Positions 39,020-51,800 of a stretch of DNA of 64,000 bases are shown piece after piece. The DNA comes from Mobula hypostoma (lineage: Eukaryota): the NCBI RefSeq assembly GCF_963921235.1, contig NC_086108.1:13950001-14014000 (forward strand). Reading direction: 5' to 3'. Position 1 is the first letter of the stretch, and each line of letters opens with the position of its first letter. The translations under genes and the position numbers were made by a program. Under the pieces are notes generated by a model that worked only from the letters and a program-made list of their open reading frames with translations, searched no databases and was not told where the DNA came from.

Positions 39020-39820
39020 TTAATCTTCTGATTTTAAGAATTTCTGAGCTTCTTCACTCAAATGGAACCATTCCTTCGAGCCATTCTTCAGTATAATTCT
39101 GAGCAGAGCGGGATAACAAAGAGAAGGTTTGAAACCTTTGTTAAAAAGTTCCGACATAACCATTTTGAACTTAGCAACCTCATTCATGACCTCGGGTGAA
39201 AAATCCTCGACGATCCTGATCTTCTGACCATTATAATCAATCATTTCTCTTCAATAGGATTCACGAATTAAATGATCCTTTGTTCAAAATTCATGAAAAC
39301 AGATTATTACTGATCTGAGTCTTGCTCCTGGAAGTGGTCTAGACACAAGCGATCTATGAGCTCAATCAATCATAGGTAAAGACGGTAAGATTTTAGGAAA
39401 TAATTTTGCCAAAAAGCTTGCAAAGAATTCAGTAGGCTGATCATCTTCCGTTAACTCTTCAAGACCCAGAATTCATAGATTATTTCTTCTGTTTCTGTTT
39501 TCTAAATCGATAATCTTTTGTCTTAATTTTTCATTAGACTTAGATTGTTTTTCACAAAGCTTTTGTAGGTCATCCATTTTCGCATCCAAAATCATCAGAG
39601 TTTCTTTATGCTCTTCTATTCGTTTATCATGTTCAGTTAAGGTTTTTTGAATAGAATCCAATTTTGCACCTATTTGTTTAATTTCAGAGCTGAGTTGTTG
39701 GAACTGCTGCTGAAACCCGTCGAAGGATTCTTTTCTGTGTTTTCGAAGCAAACCTATTAGAGCTTCCAAAGATGCGGGAGGGTCTTCTTCTTTAGTACAT
39801 TTGGCACCCCTTGTACTCAT
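39020..39820 (-). pseudogene. L1 ORF1 (coiled coil + RRM + CTD) with in-frame stops
   Basis: Coiled coil..DLENRNRRNNL*I; ID*AHR; IRIVEDFSPEV. Confidence 0.9.
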
Positions 39821-40096
39821 AGTAATCTTAGTAAAGCAATATCACTCTTAAAAGGAAGGTTTCAAAACAGGTTGGAAACAGGAAAGTAAGTAAGTAGGAG
39901 CGACTGCAAAAGGCTGTTACTCCATCAACAACCAGCAGGAGATCTCTATTTCTTTACTTACATCTGCAAAAGATCTATAATTTCACTCTATCCATTGGCA
40001 TCCTTATATATTATCCATAACACCACCAATCTTTGTGTCAACTGCAAACTTCCTAACCCACTCATACACATTTTCATCCAGGTCATTTGTACATAT

Positions 40097-43093
40097 TTGC
40101 AAGAGCTGTCAGGGAGGGTTTAGACTATTTTGACAGGGGGATGGGAACTGGAGTGCTAGTGCTGAGGATGGGGTCATTCGTTTACAAACAGAGGCAGTGT
40201 GTGGTGAGAATGTTAGCAAGGAAAGGCTGATGGTGAAATTGCAGTGAATGGATGAGTTGCAACATAAAAGGAGGACAAAATCAGAAAGGGTGATGAATTC
40301 AGGACTGAAGCTGTTATAATTGAGTATACACGGTATATGGAATAAGGTAGATGAACTTGTAGCACAGATACAGATTGGCATGTTTGATGTTGTGGGCATC
40401 ATTCAATTGTAGCTGAGAGAAAATCACTAAGTCGAGGCTGAATGAAGATCAGAGATGGGAGCTTAATGTCCAAGGATACACATTGTTTTGAAAGGACAGG
40501 CAGGTAGGCTGAGGGGGTGGGGTGGATTTGGTGGTAAAAAATTATATCAAAACATTAGAAAGACGTGACAGAGGATTGGAAGGTGTAGAATTATTGTGTG
40601 TAGAGCTCAGAAACTGCATGGGTAAGAAGACCCTGATGGAAGTTATATACAGACCACAGAACAGGAGCAAAGATGAGGTCTACAAATTACAATGGGAGAT
40701 AGAAAATGCATGTTAAAAAGGCAGTGCTACGACATTCATGGGAGATATTAATGTGCAGGTAGATTGAGAAAATCGGAATGGTGCTGGATCCCAAAAGGGA
40801 GATTTTCTAGAATGCCCATGAGGTTGCTTGTTAAAGCAGCTCATGGTTGAGCCGAATCAGGGATCAGCTCTTCTGCATTGGGTGTTGTGCAATGAACTGG
40901 AACCAATTAGAGAGTTTAAGGTAAAGGAACCCTTAGGAGCCAGTGACATAATATGATAGAATTCATCATGCAATTTGAGAATGAGGAGCTAAAGTCAGAT
41001 GTATCTATATTACAGTGGAGTAAAGGGAATTCCAGAGGCATGAGAGAGGAGCAGGCCAAGATTGATCAGAATTGAATACTGGTAGGGATGATGGCAGAGC
41101 ATCAATGGTGAGAATTTCTGGAAGCAATTCATCCCAAAGAAGTAGTAGTATTCTAAAGGTAGGATGACACAACTGCAGCTGACAAGATAAGTCAAAGCCA
41201 ACATAAAAGCCAAAGAGAGGGCAGTAATAGAGCAAAAATTAGTGGGAAGTTAGAGGATTGGGAAGCTTTTAAAAAACCAACTAAAAAGACATAAAGGAAG
41301 AAAAGATGGAATACTAAGGTAAGTGAGGCAATAATATTAATGAGGATACCAAAAGTTTCTTCAGATATATAAAGTGTAAAAGCAAGGCAAGAGTAGATAT
41401 CAGAGCACTGGAAAATGATATTGGAGAGGTAGTATGGGGGACAAGGAAATGGCAGATGAACTGAATAAGTATTTTGCATCAGTCTTCACTAGCAGTATAC
41501 CAGATGTTCGAGGATGCCAGGGGGGCAGAAATGTGTGAAGTTTCCATTACTAGGGAGAAGGTGCTTTGGGAACGAAAAGGTCTGAAGGTAGATAGGCCAC
41601 CTATACCAGACGGTCTACACTACAGAGTTCTGAATGAGGTGGCTCAAGAGATTGTGGAAGCATTTTTTCACGAATCAATAGATTCTGGCATGGTTTTGGA
41701 CGACTGAAAAGATGCAAATGTCACTCCAGTCTTCAAGAAGCGAGAAAGGCAGAAAAAGGCAATTATAGGCCAGTTACTCTGATCTCAGTGGTTGGGATGA
41801 TGTTGGAGTTGATTGTTAATGATGTAGTTTCAGACACATGAAAAATAGTCCATAGTCAGCATGGTTTCCCTCAGAGAAAATCTCGTCTGTCAAATCTTTT
41901 GCAATTCTTTGAAGAAATAACAAAAGAGAATCAGTGGATGTTGTGTACTTGGAATTTCAGATGGCTTTTGACAAGCTGCCACATGAAGCCGTTTAACAAG
42001 TTAAGAGCCCATGGTATTACAGAAACGATACTAGCATGGATAAAGCAGTGGCTGATTGGTAGGAGGCAAAGAGTGGGAATAAAGGGAACCTTTTCTGGTT
42101 GGCTGCAGGTGACTAGTGTTGTTCTACAGGAGACTGTGTTGGGACCAATTCTTTTCACATCATATGTCAATGATTTGGATGATGGAATTGGTGGCTTTGT
42201 AGCCAGGTTTGTGGATGATACAAAGATAGGTGGAGGGGTAGGTAGTTTTGCAGAAGCAGGGTGGTTACAGAAGGACTTGACAGATTAGGAGAATGAGCAA
42301 AGAGTTGGCAGATGGAAGACAGTATCACGAAGTGTATGGTCATGCATTTTGGTAAAATACATAAACGCATATACTATTTTCTAAATGGAGAAAAAAAATT
42401 CAAAAATCTGAGATGCAAAGGGACTTGGGAATCTTTGTACAGGTCAAGTCTGTGGTGAGGAAGGCAGATGCGATGTCAGCATTCATTTCAGGAACACTGG
42501 AATATAAAAGCAAGGATGTAATGTTGAGGCTTTCTAAGGAGATGGCAAGGCTCACATGGAGTATTGTGAGCAATTTTTGAGTCCCTTATCTCAGAAAGGA
42601 TGTGCTGACATTGGAAAGGGTTCAAAGGATGCTCATGAAAATGATTTCAGAATTGAAACGCTTATCAAATGAGGAACGTTTGATGGCTCTGGGCCTGTAC
42701 TAACTGGAATTCAGTAGAACGAGGGAGGATCTCATTGAAATCTACTGAATGTTGAAAGGCCTTGAAAGAGTGGATGTTTCCTATGGTTGGGGAGTTTAAA
42801 ACTAGAAGATTTAGCCTCTGAATAGAGGGATGACCATTTAGAATGAAGAAGAGGAGGAATTTCCTTAGCAGAGGGTGGTGAATCTGTGGAATTCGTTGCC
42901 ACAGACCACTGTGGAGGCAAGTCAACGAGTATATTTAAGGCAGAAATTGATACATTCTTGTTTAGTCAGAGCTTGAAGGGATATGGGGAGAATATAGGAG
43001 ATTGAGGCTAAGAAGGAAATGGATCAGCATGATGAAATGATGGAGAAGACTCGATGGGCCAAATGACCTAATTCTGTTCCTATATATGGTCTT
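40097..43093 (+). mobile_element. CR1 LINE with nearly complete degenerate ORF2
   Basis: EN (VIYRP), linker, RT (LGPILF..RFVDDTKIGG), tail TATGGTCTTAT; possible ATAT TSD. Confidence 0.9.
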
Positions 43094-44293
43094 ATATCAC
43101 AGTCAACAGAGGTCCCAGTATGGAAGCCTGTGGAACACCACTAGTCACAGACCTCAAGCCAGAATAAGTCTGCCCCATGATGTCTATGGCTAAGTCAATT
43201 CTGAATCCAAATGGCCAAATAGCCATAGAGGCCAAGAAGCTTAATCTTCTAGATGGGCCTACCTGAGGGATTTTGTCAAAAGCCTTCTAAAATCCTTGAG
43301 GACAATATCCACAGCTCTTTCCCATCAATCCTCTTCATCACTTCCTTGAAAAACTCAGTCAAGTAAAACACGACTTGCCCTGCACGAAGCTCTGCTAACT
43401 GTCCCTAGTTAGTCCACGGTTTTCCAAAAGCTCACAATTCTTATCACTAAGAATCCTCTCCAAAAGTTTCCCTACTACTGACTCAACAGACAACAGTTTT
43501 GAGAATTATCCCTATATTCATTTTTAAACAATGGAACAACATTAGCCACTTGTCATTTGTCCAGGACCTAACCTATAACGATTGGGCAAAGCCCCAGCAA
43601 TCTCATCTCTTGCCTCGCTCAATACTTGGGAAATAACCCTTCAGGCCCCGGGGACTTATTCACTTTAATATTCTTCAGGTGATCCAGCACAACTTCTTCT
43701 TTAATGCCCTGGAAAATGAGCGTGCCCACAGTGATCTTACTAACTTCCACTTAATCCTCCTTGGTAAATACTAATAAAATACTCATTTAGGACCTTGTCT
43801 ACATCCTCTGCCTCCAAGCACATGTTCCATGAGTAGTCCTACCCACTACCACCTTGTGGACTTGACCTAGTGTACATTGCCTTGGGATTCTTTTTAATCC
43901 TACTTGCCAAAGGCTTTTCATGGCCCTTTCTGGCTCTCCTAATTGCCTTCTTATATTTTTTTTCTAGCATCCTTATAATCCCCAAGGTCTCTGATTGATT
44001 TTAGCTTCCCAAACCTTAAATACACAATTTTTTTCTGAACTAAATTCACCACTTCTTTCAGCATGCAAGATTATGATACCTTGCCATCTGTGTACTTCCT
44101 TCTTACTGGAACATACGTACCTGTGCAGTTAGTCTTGAAACAACCTCTACATGTCAGATGTGAACTTACCCAGAAGTAGCTCGTCAATGAACTTCGACAG
44201 TTCCTGGCTGATACCCTTGTAATTTAACTGTCTCTGTACAACACTCTCCCATGTCCTTGTTCATATATACATATCCTGATTCATAGCTTTCTT

Positions 44294-45577
44294 GATCTGA
44301 TCTTTAAATCTTTTTATTGACTAAGTATACAAAAAGGTAAGCCATATAGGCACTAATACACTGTTAGAATATAATAAAATTACAGGAGATATTAATACAG
44401 ATAAAAATGATACAAACAATGTAATTTAAACTTAACATAATAAGGTAACATAATAGTATACTAATTTATATATATATATATATATCAATAGAGAAAAGGA
44501 AAAAAAACCCCAACCCTCCCCCCAAAAAAAAACCCACCGTGCAACTAAACTAAAAGCAAAGCAAAGCAATGGGCTAACTTGGAACCAAGTAGATTTAAAG
44601 AACTTAAAATCACGTCCTCAAACCCGACCTCCATTAAAAACAGTAAAAAACAACAAGAAGGGAATATAAATATGGAGCAAAAAAGAGAAGAAAAAAAATT
44701 ACATTAAATGAAAATATTGAATAAAAGATCTCCAGGTCTGTTCAAATTTAAGTGAGGAATCATAGAGATTGCTTCTAATTTTCTCCAAATTCAAGCATAA
44801 TATCATCTGAGGAAACCAAAAAAAGGTAGTTGGAGCATTAAGCTCTTTCCAATGTTGTAAGATACATCTTTTCGCCATTAAAGTAAGAAATGCAATCATT
44901 CTACGGGCTGAAGGAGAAAGATTACTGGAAATTTTAGGTAATCCAAAGATAGCAGTAATAGGGTGAGGAGAGATATCTATATTCAATACTGTTCAGATAA
45001 TATTAAAAATGTCTCTCCAAAAAGTTTCCAGAGTAGGACAAGACCAAAACATATGAGTTAAAGAGGCTATCTGCCCCGGACATCTATCACAAAAAGGATT
45101 AATATGAGAATAAAAACGAGCTAATTTATCTTTGGACATATGTGCTCTATGAACAACTTTAAATTGAATTAGGGAATGTTTAGCACAGATAGAGGAAGTA
45201 TTGACTAATTGTAAAATCTGCCCCCAGTAATCCACGGAAATGATAGAACCCAATTCCTGTTCCCAATCTACCCTAATCTTATCAAATGGAGCTTTCCTAA
45301 GTTTCATAATAATATTATAAATCATAGCCGATGCACCTTTCTGACATGGATTAAGGTTAATTATAGTATCTAAAATATATGTAGGAGGAAGCATTGGAAA
45401 GGAAGAAAGTATAGTACTTAGGAAATTTCTAACTTGTAGATATCTTAAAAAAATGTATTCTTGATAAATTATATTTATTAGATAATTGTTCAAAAGACAT
45501 AAGGGAACCATCTAAAAATAAATCCAAAAACCGTGAAATACCCTTAGTCTTCCAAATTTGAAAAGCACGATCTGTGA
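44294..45577 (-). mobile_element. 5'-truncated L1/Tx1-clade LINE, second family
   Basis: TSD ATAGCTTTCTT (44283-44293 and 45578-45588); CAKHSLIQFKVVHRAH..CDRC..HMFWSC; 3' AATAAA. Confidence 0.92.
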
Positions 45578-45803
45578 ATAGCTTTCTTAAAACTATTTCT
45601 TCAATGTTCTTGAACTGAAAGGTCAGTCACCTGCACAAGATCATTTCCCAACAGCAGGTCCAGTATGGCCCCTCCTCTAGTCAAACTATCTGATTTATGA
45701 AACCTTGTGTATATTCAGGAAGTTGAGGTAACCAATGACAACAATGCTGTTTCTTTTGCACTTTACCCTAATATGCCTTTATCTCTTATACTTAATGGCT
45801 ATT

Positions 45804-45882
45804 GGGGGGGGGCACGTGGCCAAGTGGTTAAGGCATTCGACTAGCGATCTGAAGGTCGTGAGTTCGACCCCCAGCCGAGGCA
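45804..45882 (+). mobile_element. Isolated tRNA-like SINE head / tRNA pseudogene
   Basis: TGGCCAAGTGGTTAAGGC (A box/D arm) and GAGTTCGACCC (B box); acceptor stem and anticodon arm do not pair properly. Confidence 0.65.
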
Positions 45883-47089
45883 CTGATTGCAGCTGTGATG
45901 TTGTCCTGATTAATAGTGCAACCCCCACCCCCAGCATCCTTTCACCTCCTCCCGTATCTGTTCTAAAATCATTGAAACCCTGGAACATTAAGCAAACAAT
46001 CCCATGCCTCTCAACCAAGCTTCTATAAAAGCTACAACATAATGTTTGCATTTATTGACCCATACTCATCACCCTTCATCACCCTTATTTTTCACCGGGC
46101 TGCAGTCATCACGAGCAGTCACTTGTTTGGTTGAGGCGCTGCGAGGTTTAAAAAAAAAAGCTCGGGACCATTTGGGACCTTTCAGCGGGCTGCAGTCACT
46201 ACAATCCATGAGGCACTAGGCAAAGGCCAATAAAAAGAAGCCATTGCAGGCGCAGCCATTGTGTGAGTGGACAGGATTAAAGTGGTTAAGCTTCAGCAAG
46301 TACAGAAGCCTCACACAAGCATAGGTGTTACGTATGTTTATAGCAGGTTGTTTCTCTCTTCATTTGTCCATTAGTACATAGTTAGTGCAGTGAGAGTAGG
46401 TCAAGCGATAGTGGTCGGTTTTTCATGAGAGATGTGGGAACTCTGGACCAGTCTCCCTGATAACTATTACAGTATCTGTATGAAGTGCTCTAAGCCGCAG
46501 CTCCTTAGAGACTGTGTTAAGGGACTGAGGCTGCAGTAGTCACCCCTAAGTTGTAGGAGGCAGGTCTCTGTGTGACTGTCAGGAGAGGGAAAGGGAATAT
46601 GCAGACAGTGCTGAGGACCTCTGTAGCCATTCCCTTCAAAGATAAATATATCGCTTCGGATACAGTTGGAGGGAGACCTACCAAGGGGAGCCACAGTGGC
46701 CGGGTCTCAGGCAGGAAATCTGGTTCTGTAGGGAAGGGTGGAGAAGGAGAGTGCCATTGAGATTATTTATTTTAGAAATACAGCACAGAAGAGGCCCTTC
46801 AGGCCCACAGAGACACTCTGCCCTGCAACCCACCCATTTAGAGTCATAGAGTAGTACTGTCCAGAAGCAGACTCTTCAGCCCATCTAGTCCATGTCAGAA
46901 ACATTCAGACTGCCTATCTCATCAACCTGTACCAGGGCCATAGCCCTCCATACCTCTACCATCCACGTACCTATCCAAACTTCCCTTAAATTTTGAATTT
47001 GAGTTTGCATGCACCATTGTTCCACACTCTCACCGCCCTCTGAGTGAAGAAATAATCATGGGACAATTTACAATGACCAATTAGCCAGG

Positions 47090-47830
47090 TTTAATATCAC
47101 TGGCATACATCATGAAATTTGTCGTCTTTGCAGCAGCAGTACAATGCAATACATAATAATTGAAAAAAAAAACCCTGTGAATTACCGTAAATATACATAA
47201 AATAGTTACATTAAATAAGTAGTGTAAGAATAAAAATAAAACTAGTGAGGTAGTGGTCATGGGTTCAATGTCTATTCAGAAATCAGATGGCAGAGGGGAA
47301 GAAGCTGTCCCTGAATCATTGTGTCTTCAGGCTTCTGCCCCTGGTTCCTGATGGTATCAAGAAGAGGGCATGTCCTAAGTGATGGAGGTGCTTAATGATA
47401 GATGCCACCTTTTTGAAGATGTCTTGGATATTACGGAGGCTAGTGCCCATGATGGAGCTGACTGAGTTTACAACTCTCTGCAGCTTATTTTGATCCTGTG
47501 CAGTAGCCCCCCCACCGTATCAAACAGTGATGCAGCCAGATTTTCCATGGAGTGTCTTTGGTGACATTCCACGCCTGCTCAAACTCCAAATGAAATATAA
47601 CCACCGTCATGCCCTCTTTGTAGCTGCATCGATATGTTGGGCCCAGGATAGATCCTCAGAGATGTTAACACCCAGGAACCTGAAATCACTCACTCTTACC
47701 ATTTCTTATCTCCCTCTGAGGACTGGTGTGTGTTCCCTGAGCTTACCCTTCCTGAAGTCCACCATCAGTTCTTTGGTCTTACTGATGTTGAGTGCAAGGT
47801 TATTGCTGTGACACCACTCAACTAGCTGAT
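47090..47830 (-). mobile_element. Rex1/Babar 3' fragment nested in a V-SINE (~46770-47085 and ~48000-48155)
   Basis: Same 3' UTR as 3570-3925; V-domain CGTTCTTCCTGTGTGCGTGTGGGTTTCCTCCGAGTGCT on the minus strand at ~48020-48060. Confidence 0.7.
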
Positions 47831-47992
47831 ATATCTCGTTCCTACATCAACTAGCTGGTATATCTCGACTCAACTAGCTAATATATCTCAACTAGCTGAT
47901 ATATCTCGTTCCTACATCAACTAGCTGATATATCTCAACTAGCTGATATATCTGGTTCTTACATCAACTAGCTGATATATCTTGTTCCTACA
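47815..47992 (+). repeat. Minisatellite of CAACTAGCTGATATATCT(CGTTCCTACAT) units
   Basis: About 7 copies alternating long (~29-nt) and short (~18-22-nt) units. Confidence 0.9.
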
Positions 47993-48818
47993 TCTTTGAA
48001 CTAGGAGAAAAAATTGGAGCAAGCACTCGGAGGAAACCCACACGCACACAGGAAGAACGTACAGGCTTTCTCACAGAGGGCACCGGAATTGCACTAAATT
48101 CCGAAGCCCCGAGCTGCAAGAGCGAAACTAACCACCATCCTACCATAGTGCCCCAGGGGATTCCATAGTTCAAAAAGCATACAGGAGATTCTGGAAGAGG
48201 AACCTGGATGGTATGTTGCCTCGCAGGTGCCAGGGGCAGGGATGTCTCAGATCAGGTCCACAGCATTCCAAAGGGGGAAGGTGAGCAGGCACAACTTGCG
48301 GTACGTATTGGTATCAATGACATAGGTAGGAAAAGGGAGTAGGTCCCAAAGAGCGAATAAGGAGTTAAACAGAAAACTAAAAAGCAGGACCTCCAGGGTA
48401 GTAATTTCTGGATTCCTGCCTGTGGCATACGCCTGGATGATCTGACAGATGATTGCGCGGCTGAGGAACTGAAGCAGGGGACAGGGGTTCAGCTTTCTGG
48501 ATCACTGCGATCTCTTCTGAGGAAAAAGGTATGAAAGGACAGCTTATACCTGAACTTAAGGGAGATTTGCTACAGCTGTTGGGGAGGGATTAAATGGACT
48601 TGGCAGGAGACTGGGAACCAGAGAGATAGGGTTGAGGATGGGGCAACTGATATACAAGTAGATGCAGTGTGTATTAAGGCTGTGAGGAAGGACAAGAAGA
48701 TCGTAGGGCAAAATTGCAGTCAGTGGGATGAGCCGAAATATAACATGGGGGAAAAAATCAAAATTGGTGATGATTGCAGGATTGAAGGGCCTATATTCGA
48801 ATGCATACAGTATAGGAA

Positions 48819-51800
48819 ATGAAATGGAAAGACTAAAGATTAACATCCTGGGAATTAGCGAAGTTCATTGGATAGGTGCTGGAACATGTCAGATTAGAAA
48901 TAAAACACTAGTTTATTCTTGTGGAACATCCCATACTAATGGAGTGGGAATCCTTGTGGATGAAAACATGGCAAAAAGTGTTTTAGGACATTCAGCAATA
49001 TCAGAAAGAATGCTCCTTGTTAGATTCAGAGGACAACCATTTGATTTAGCAATCATACAGGTATATGCACCAACAACAGATGGAACAAATGAGGATATAG
49101 ATAAATTCTATGAAGAGCTTGAACAAGCAAAGAATGGATGCAAATCTCAAGGTATTGTTATTGGCATGGAAGATCTAAATGCTAAAGTAGGACAAGGTGC
49201 TGATGGAAATACCATAGGAAAATTTGGACTAAGGGAAAGAAATGAAAGAGGTGAGAAATGGGTAGAATGGTGCAAGGTGAATAATCGGGTCATTATGAAT
49301 ACCTACTTTAAAAACCATCCAAGACCCTTGTGGACCTGGAAAAGTCCAGGTGATAATACAAGAAATCAAATTGACTTTATTACTATAAATAAAGATTTAG
49401 AAACTCAGTGACTCAATGCAAAACATATCCAGATGCAGACTGTAATAGTGACCGTAACCCAGTAGTATGTCATGTAAAAGTAAAACTTAAAAAACTAAAG
49501 AAGCAAAAACCTGAACAATCCCTTGACTACTTGCAATTAATTAAAGAAGAAAACTTAAGACAAAAATTTACAATTGAAGTAAGGAATAGATTTCAAAGTC
49601 TAGATATAGAATCTGTTGAAGATGATAGCAATCATGTAGAAATGAAATTTAACTCTCTAAAGGATGCCTTGGTAGAATCAGCAAAGTCAGTGATTCTTAA
49701 AAAAGAAAAAAGCAAAAAAAAATAAATGGATGACAGATGAAATCAAAAATGCAATGGAAGAAAGGAGATGGAAGAAAGCAAATCCTATAGAATATAAGTC
49801 CTTAGATAAAAAGGTTAAAAGCTTATGTCAAAAAGCCAAAGAAGAATGGTTAAGCCAGGAATGTGAGCAAATAGAAAGAATCCCTATTACTGATCCAAAA
49901 AGGTTACATCAACAAATCAAGAATATCACTAGTAAAAAGCTCCTCTGTTCTTCAGGTGGATGTTTGAAAACAAAGGACGGTACTATTATCATGGATAAAG
50001 ATGAGATTATGAACAGATGGACTGAGTATATTCAGGAATTGTTTGAAGATGATCCAGGCAAAAAACCAGAAATTAAGAAAAACATTGAAGGTCCAAGTAT
50101 TTTAAAATCTGAAGCTTGTAATGTAATAAATAAGACGAAGAAAGGAAAGGCAGCAGGTCCTGATGAATTAGTAATAGAACAAATTATTGCCCTTGCAGAT
50201 TATGGAATTGAAAAACTTACTGATTTGATCAATGACATTTATGAGACTGGAATAATACCAGAAGAGATGAAAAAATCAGTATTTATCACTCTTCCTAAGA
50301 AAGCCGGAGCAATAGAATGTGAATTACATAGGACCATAAGTTTAATGAGTCATATTACCAAGATACTTCTAAGAATTTTGATGATAAGAGCTAAAAGTAA
50401 GATACAAGCTAAAATAGGCAAAGAACAATGTGGTTTTATGAAAGACAAAGGTACAAGAAACACAATATTGATGTTAAGGATACTATTAGAATGTGCTATT
50501 CAAGTGCAAAAAGATATGTTTGTTTGTTTTATCAACTACACAAAAGCATTTGATAAAGTGAAGCACAATAAGTTATTTGAAATATTACAGAAAACTCTAG
50601 ATCTAGATTCAAAAGACCTCCACCTAATCAGAGATCTGTACTGGGAACAAACTGCCGCTGTAAGAATAGATGGAGAAGTGAGTCAGTTTGCGAAAATCAA
50701 GAGAGGCATTAGACAAGGGTGTGTTTTCTCCCCGATTTATTTAATGTGTACAGTGAAACAATATTACAAAAAATAAGAGACATCTTGGGAATCAAAGTTG
50801 GTGGTGAAACCATCAATAATTTCAGATATGCAGATGACACTGTGTTAATTGCAAGTACGGAGGAAGAACTACAAAACTTAATTGATATAATTATTGAAGA
50901 AAGTGAAAAAATGGCTCTATCTATCAATTGCAAAAAGACAGAACGTATGGTAATATCCAAAAAGAAGGAGAAGGGAAGACATAAAACAAGTAAAGAGCTT
51001 TTGCTACTTAGGAAGCTGGGTGACATCAGATGACAGTTGAGACTTGGACATCAAAAGAAGAATAGGGATGGCAAAAGACACCTTTATGAGAATGAAGAGT
51101 ATACCGACCAATACTAAACTAGGCATGACAACCCGCCTCAGAGTACTGAAATGTTACGTTTATCCAGTTATGTTATATGGCTCAGAATGTTGGACAATAT
51201 CTAGTAACATGAAGAAACGAATTGTAGCAGCAGAGATGTGGTTTTTGAGGAGGATGCAAAGAATATCATGGATGAAATGAATATCTAACAAGGATGTCAT
51301 GAACAGAGCAAACACAAAAACAGAAATAATGTATGAGATCATGAAAAGGCAACGTAACTTCATTGGACATGTGAATAAACCATGTATTCAACCTGAGCCT
51401 GAGGCTCCGGAGGGTTCCTGTACTGTGGAAGACGTCCCGCCTTGTCCCTGTGCCGAAGACGCCGTGCCCCAGCGGCCTCAATAACTACAGACCGGTGGCA
51501 TTGACCTCCCAAATCATGAAGACCTTGGAGAGACTTGTTCTGGAGCTGCTCCGGCCTATAGTCAGGCCACACTTAGATCCCCTCCAGTTTGCCTAGTTCA
51601 ACACCATCCGCCCTGCTCTGCTGGGGGAGAAGCTGACAGCGATGCAGGTGGATGCTTCCCTGGTATCATGGATTCTTGATTACCTGACTGGCAGACCACA
51701 GTACGTGTGCTTGCAACACTGTGTGTCCGACACAGTGATCAGCAGCACTGGGGCTCCACAGGGGACTGTCTTGTCTCCCTTTCTCTTCACCATTTACACC

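Larger units (their letters stand above)
34395..39945 (-). mobile_element. Full-length L1/Tx1-clade LINE, inactivated
   Basis: TSD CTATTTCT (34387-34394 and 39946-39953); ~125-nt 5' UTR, ORF1, ~540-nt spacer, ORF2, 3' AATAAA. Confidence 0.95.
43098..46045 (-). mobile_element. Older CR1 host (continuous with 34200-34394 and 39946-40096), interrupted by an L1 fragment and a SINE head
   Basis: CR1 RT/EN remnants on both sides of each insertion join collinearly. Confidence 0.75.
46090..48818 (+). mobile_element. CR1 5' UTR and ORF1 (esterase-like) remnant, interrupted at ~46770-48160; resumes at 52942-53150
   Basis: TSVAIPFKDKY; MVCCLAGARGRDVS and IGINDIG SGNH-like remnants near 48209-48330; ORF2 start LKGLYSNAYSIGN. 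Confidence 0.7.

Noticed and set aside
45804..45882. Functional tRNA gene
   Set aside because: A and B boxes are present, but the acceptor and anticodon stems do not pair and it interrupts a CR1; better explained as a SINE head
48728..49411. Novel 227-aa nuclease gene
   Set aside because: Chance in-frame fusion of a CR1 ORF2 start with the RTE endonuclease at the insertion junction
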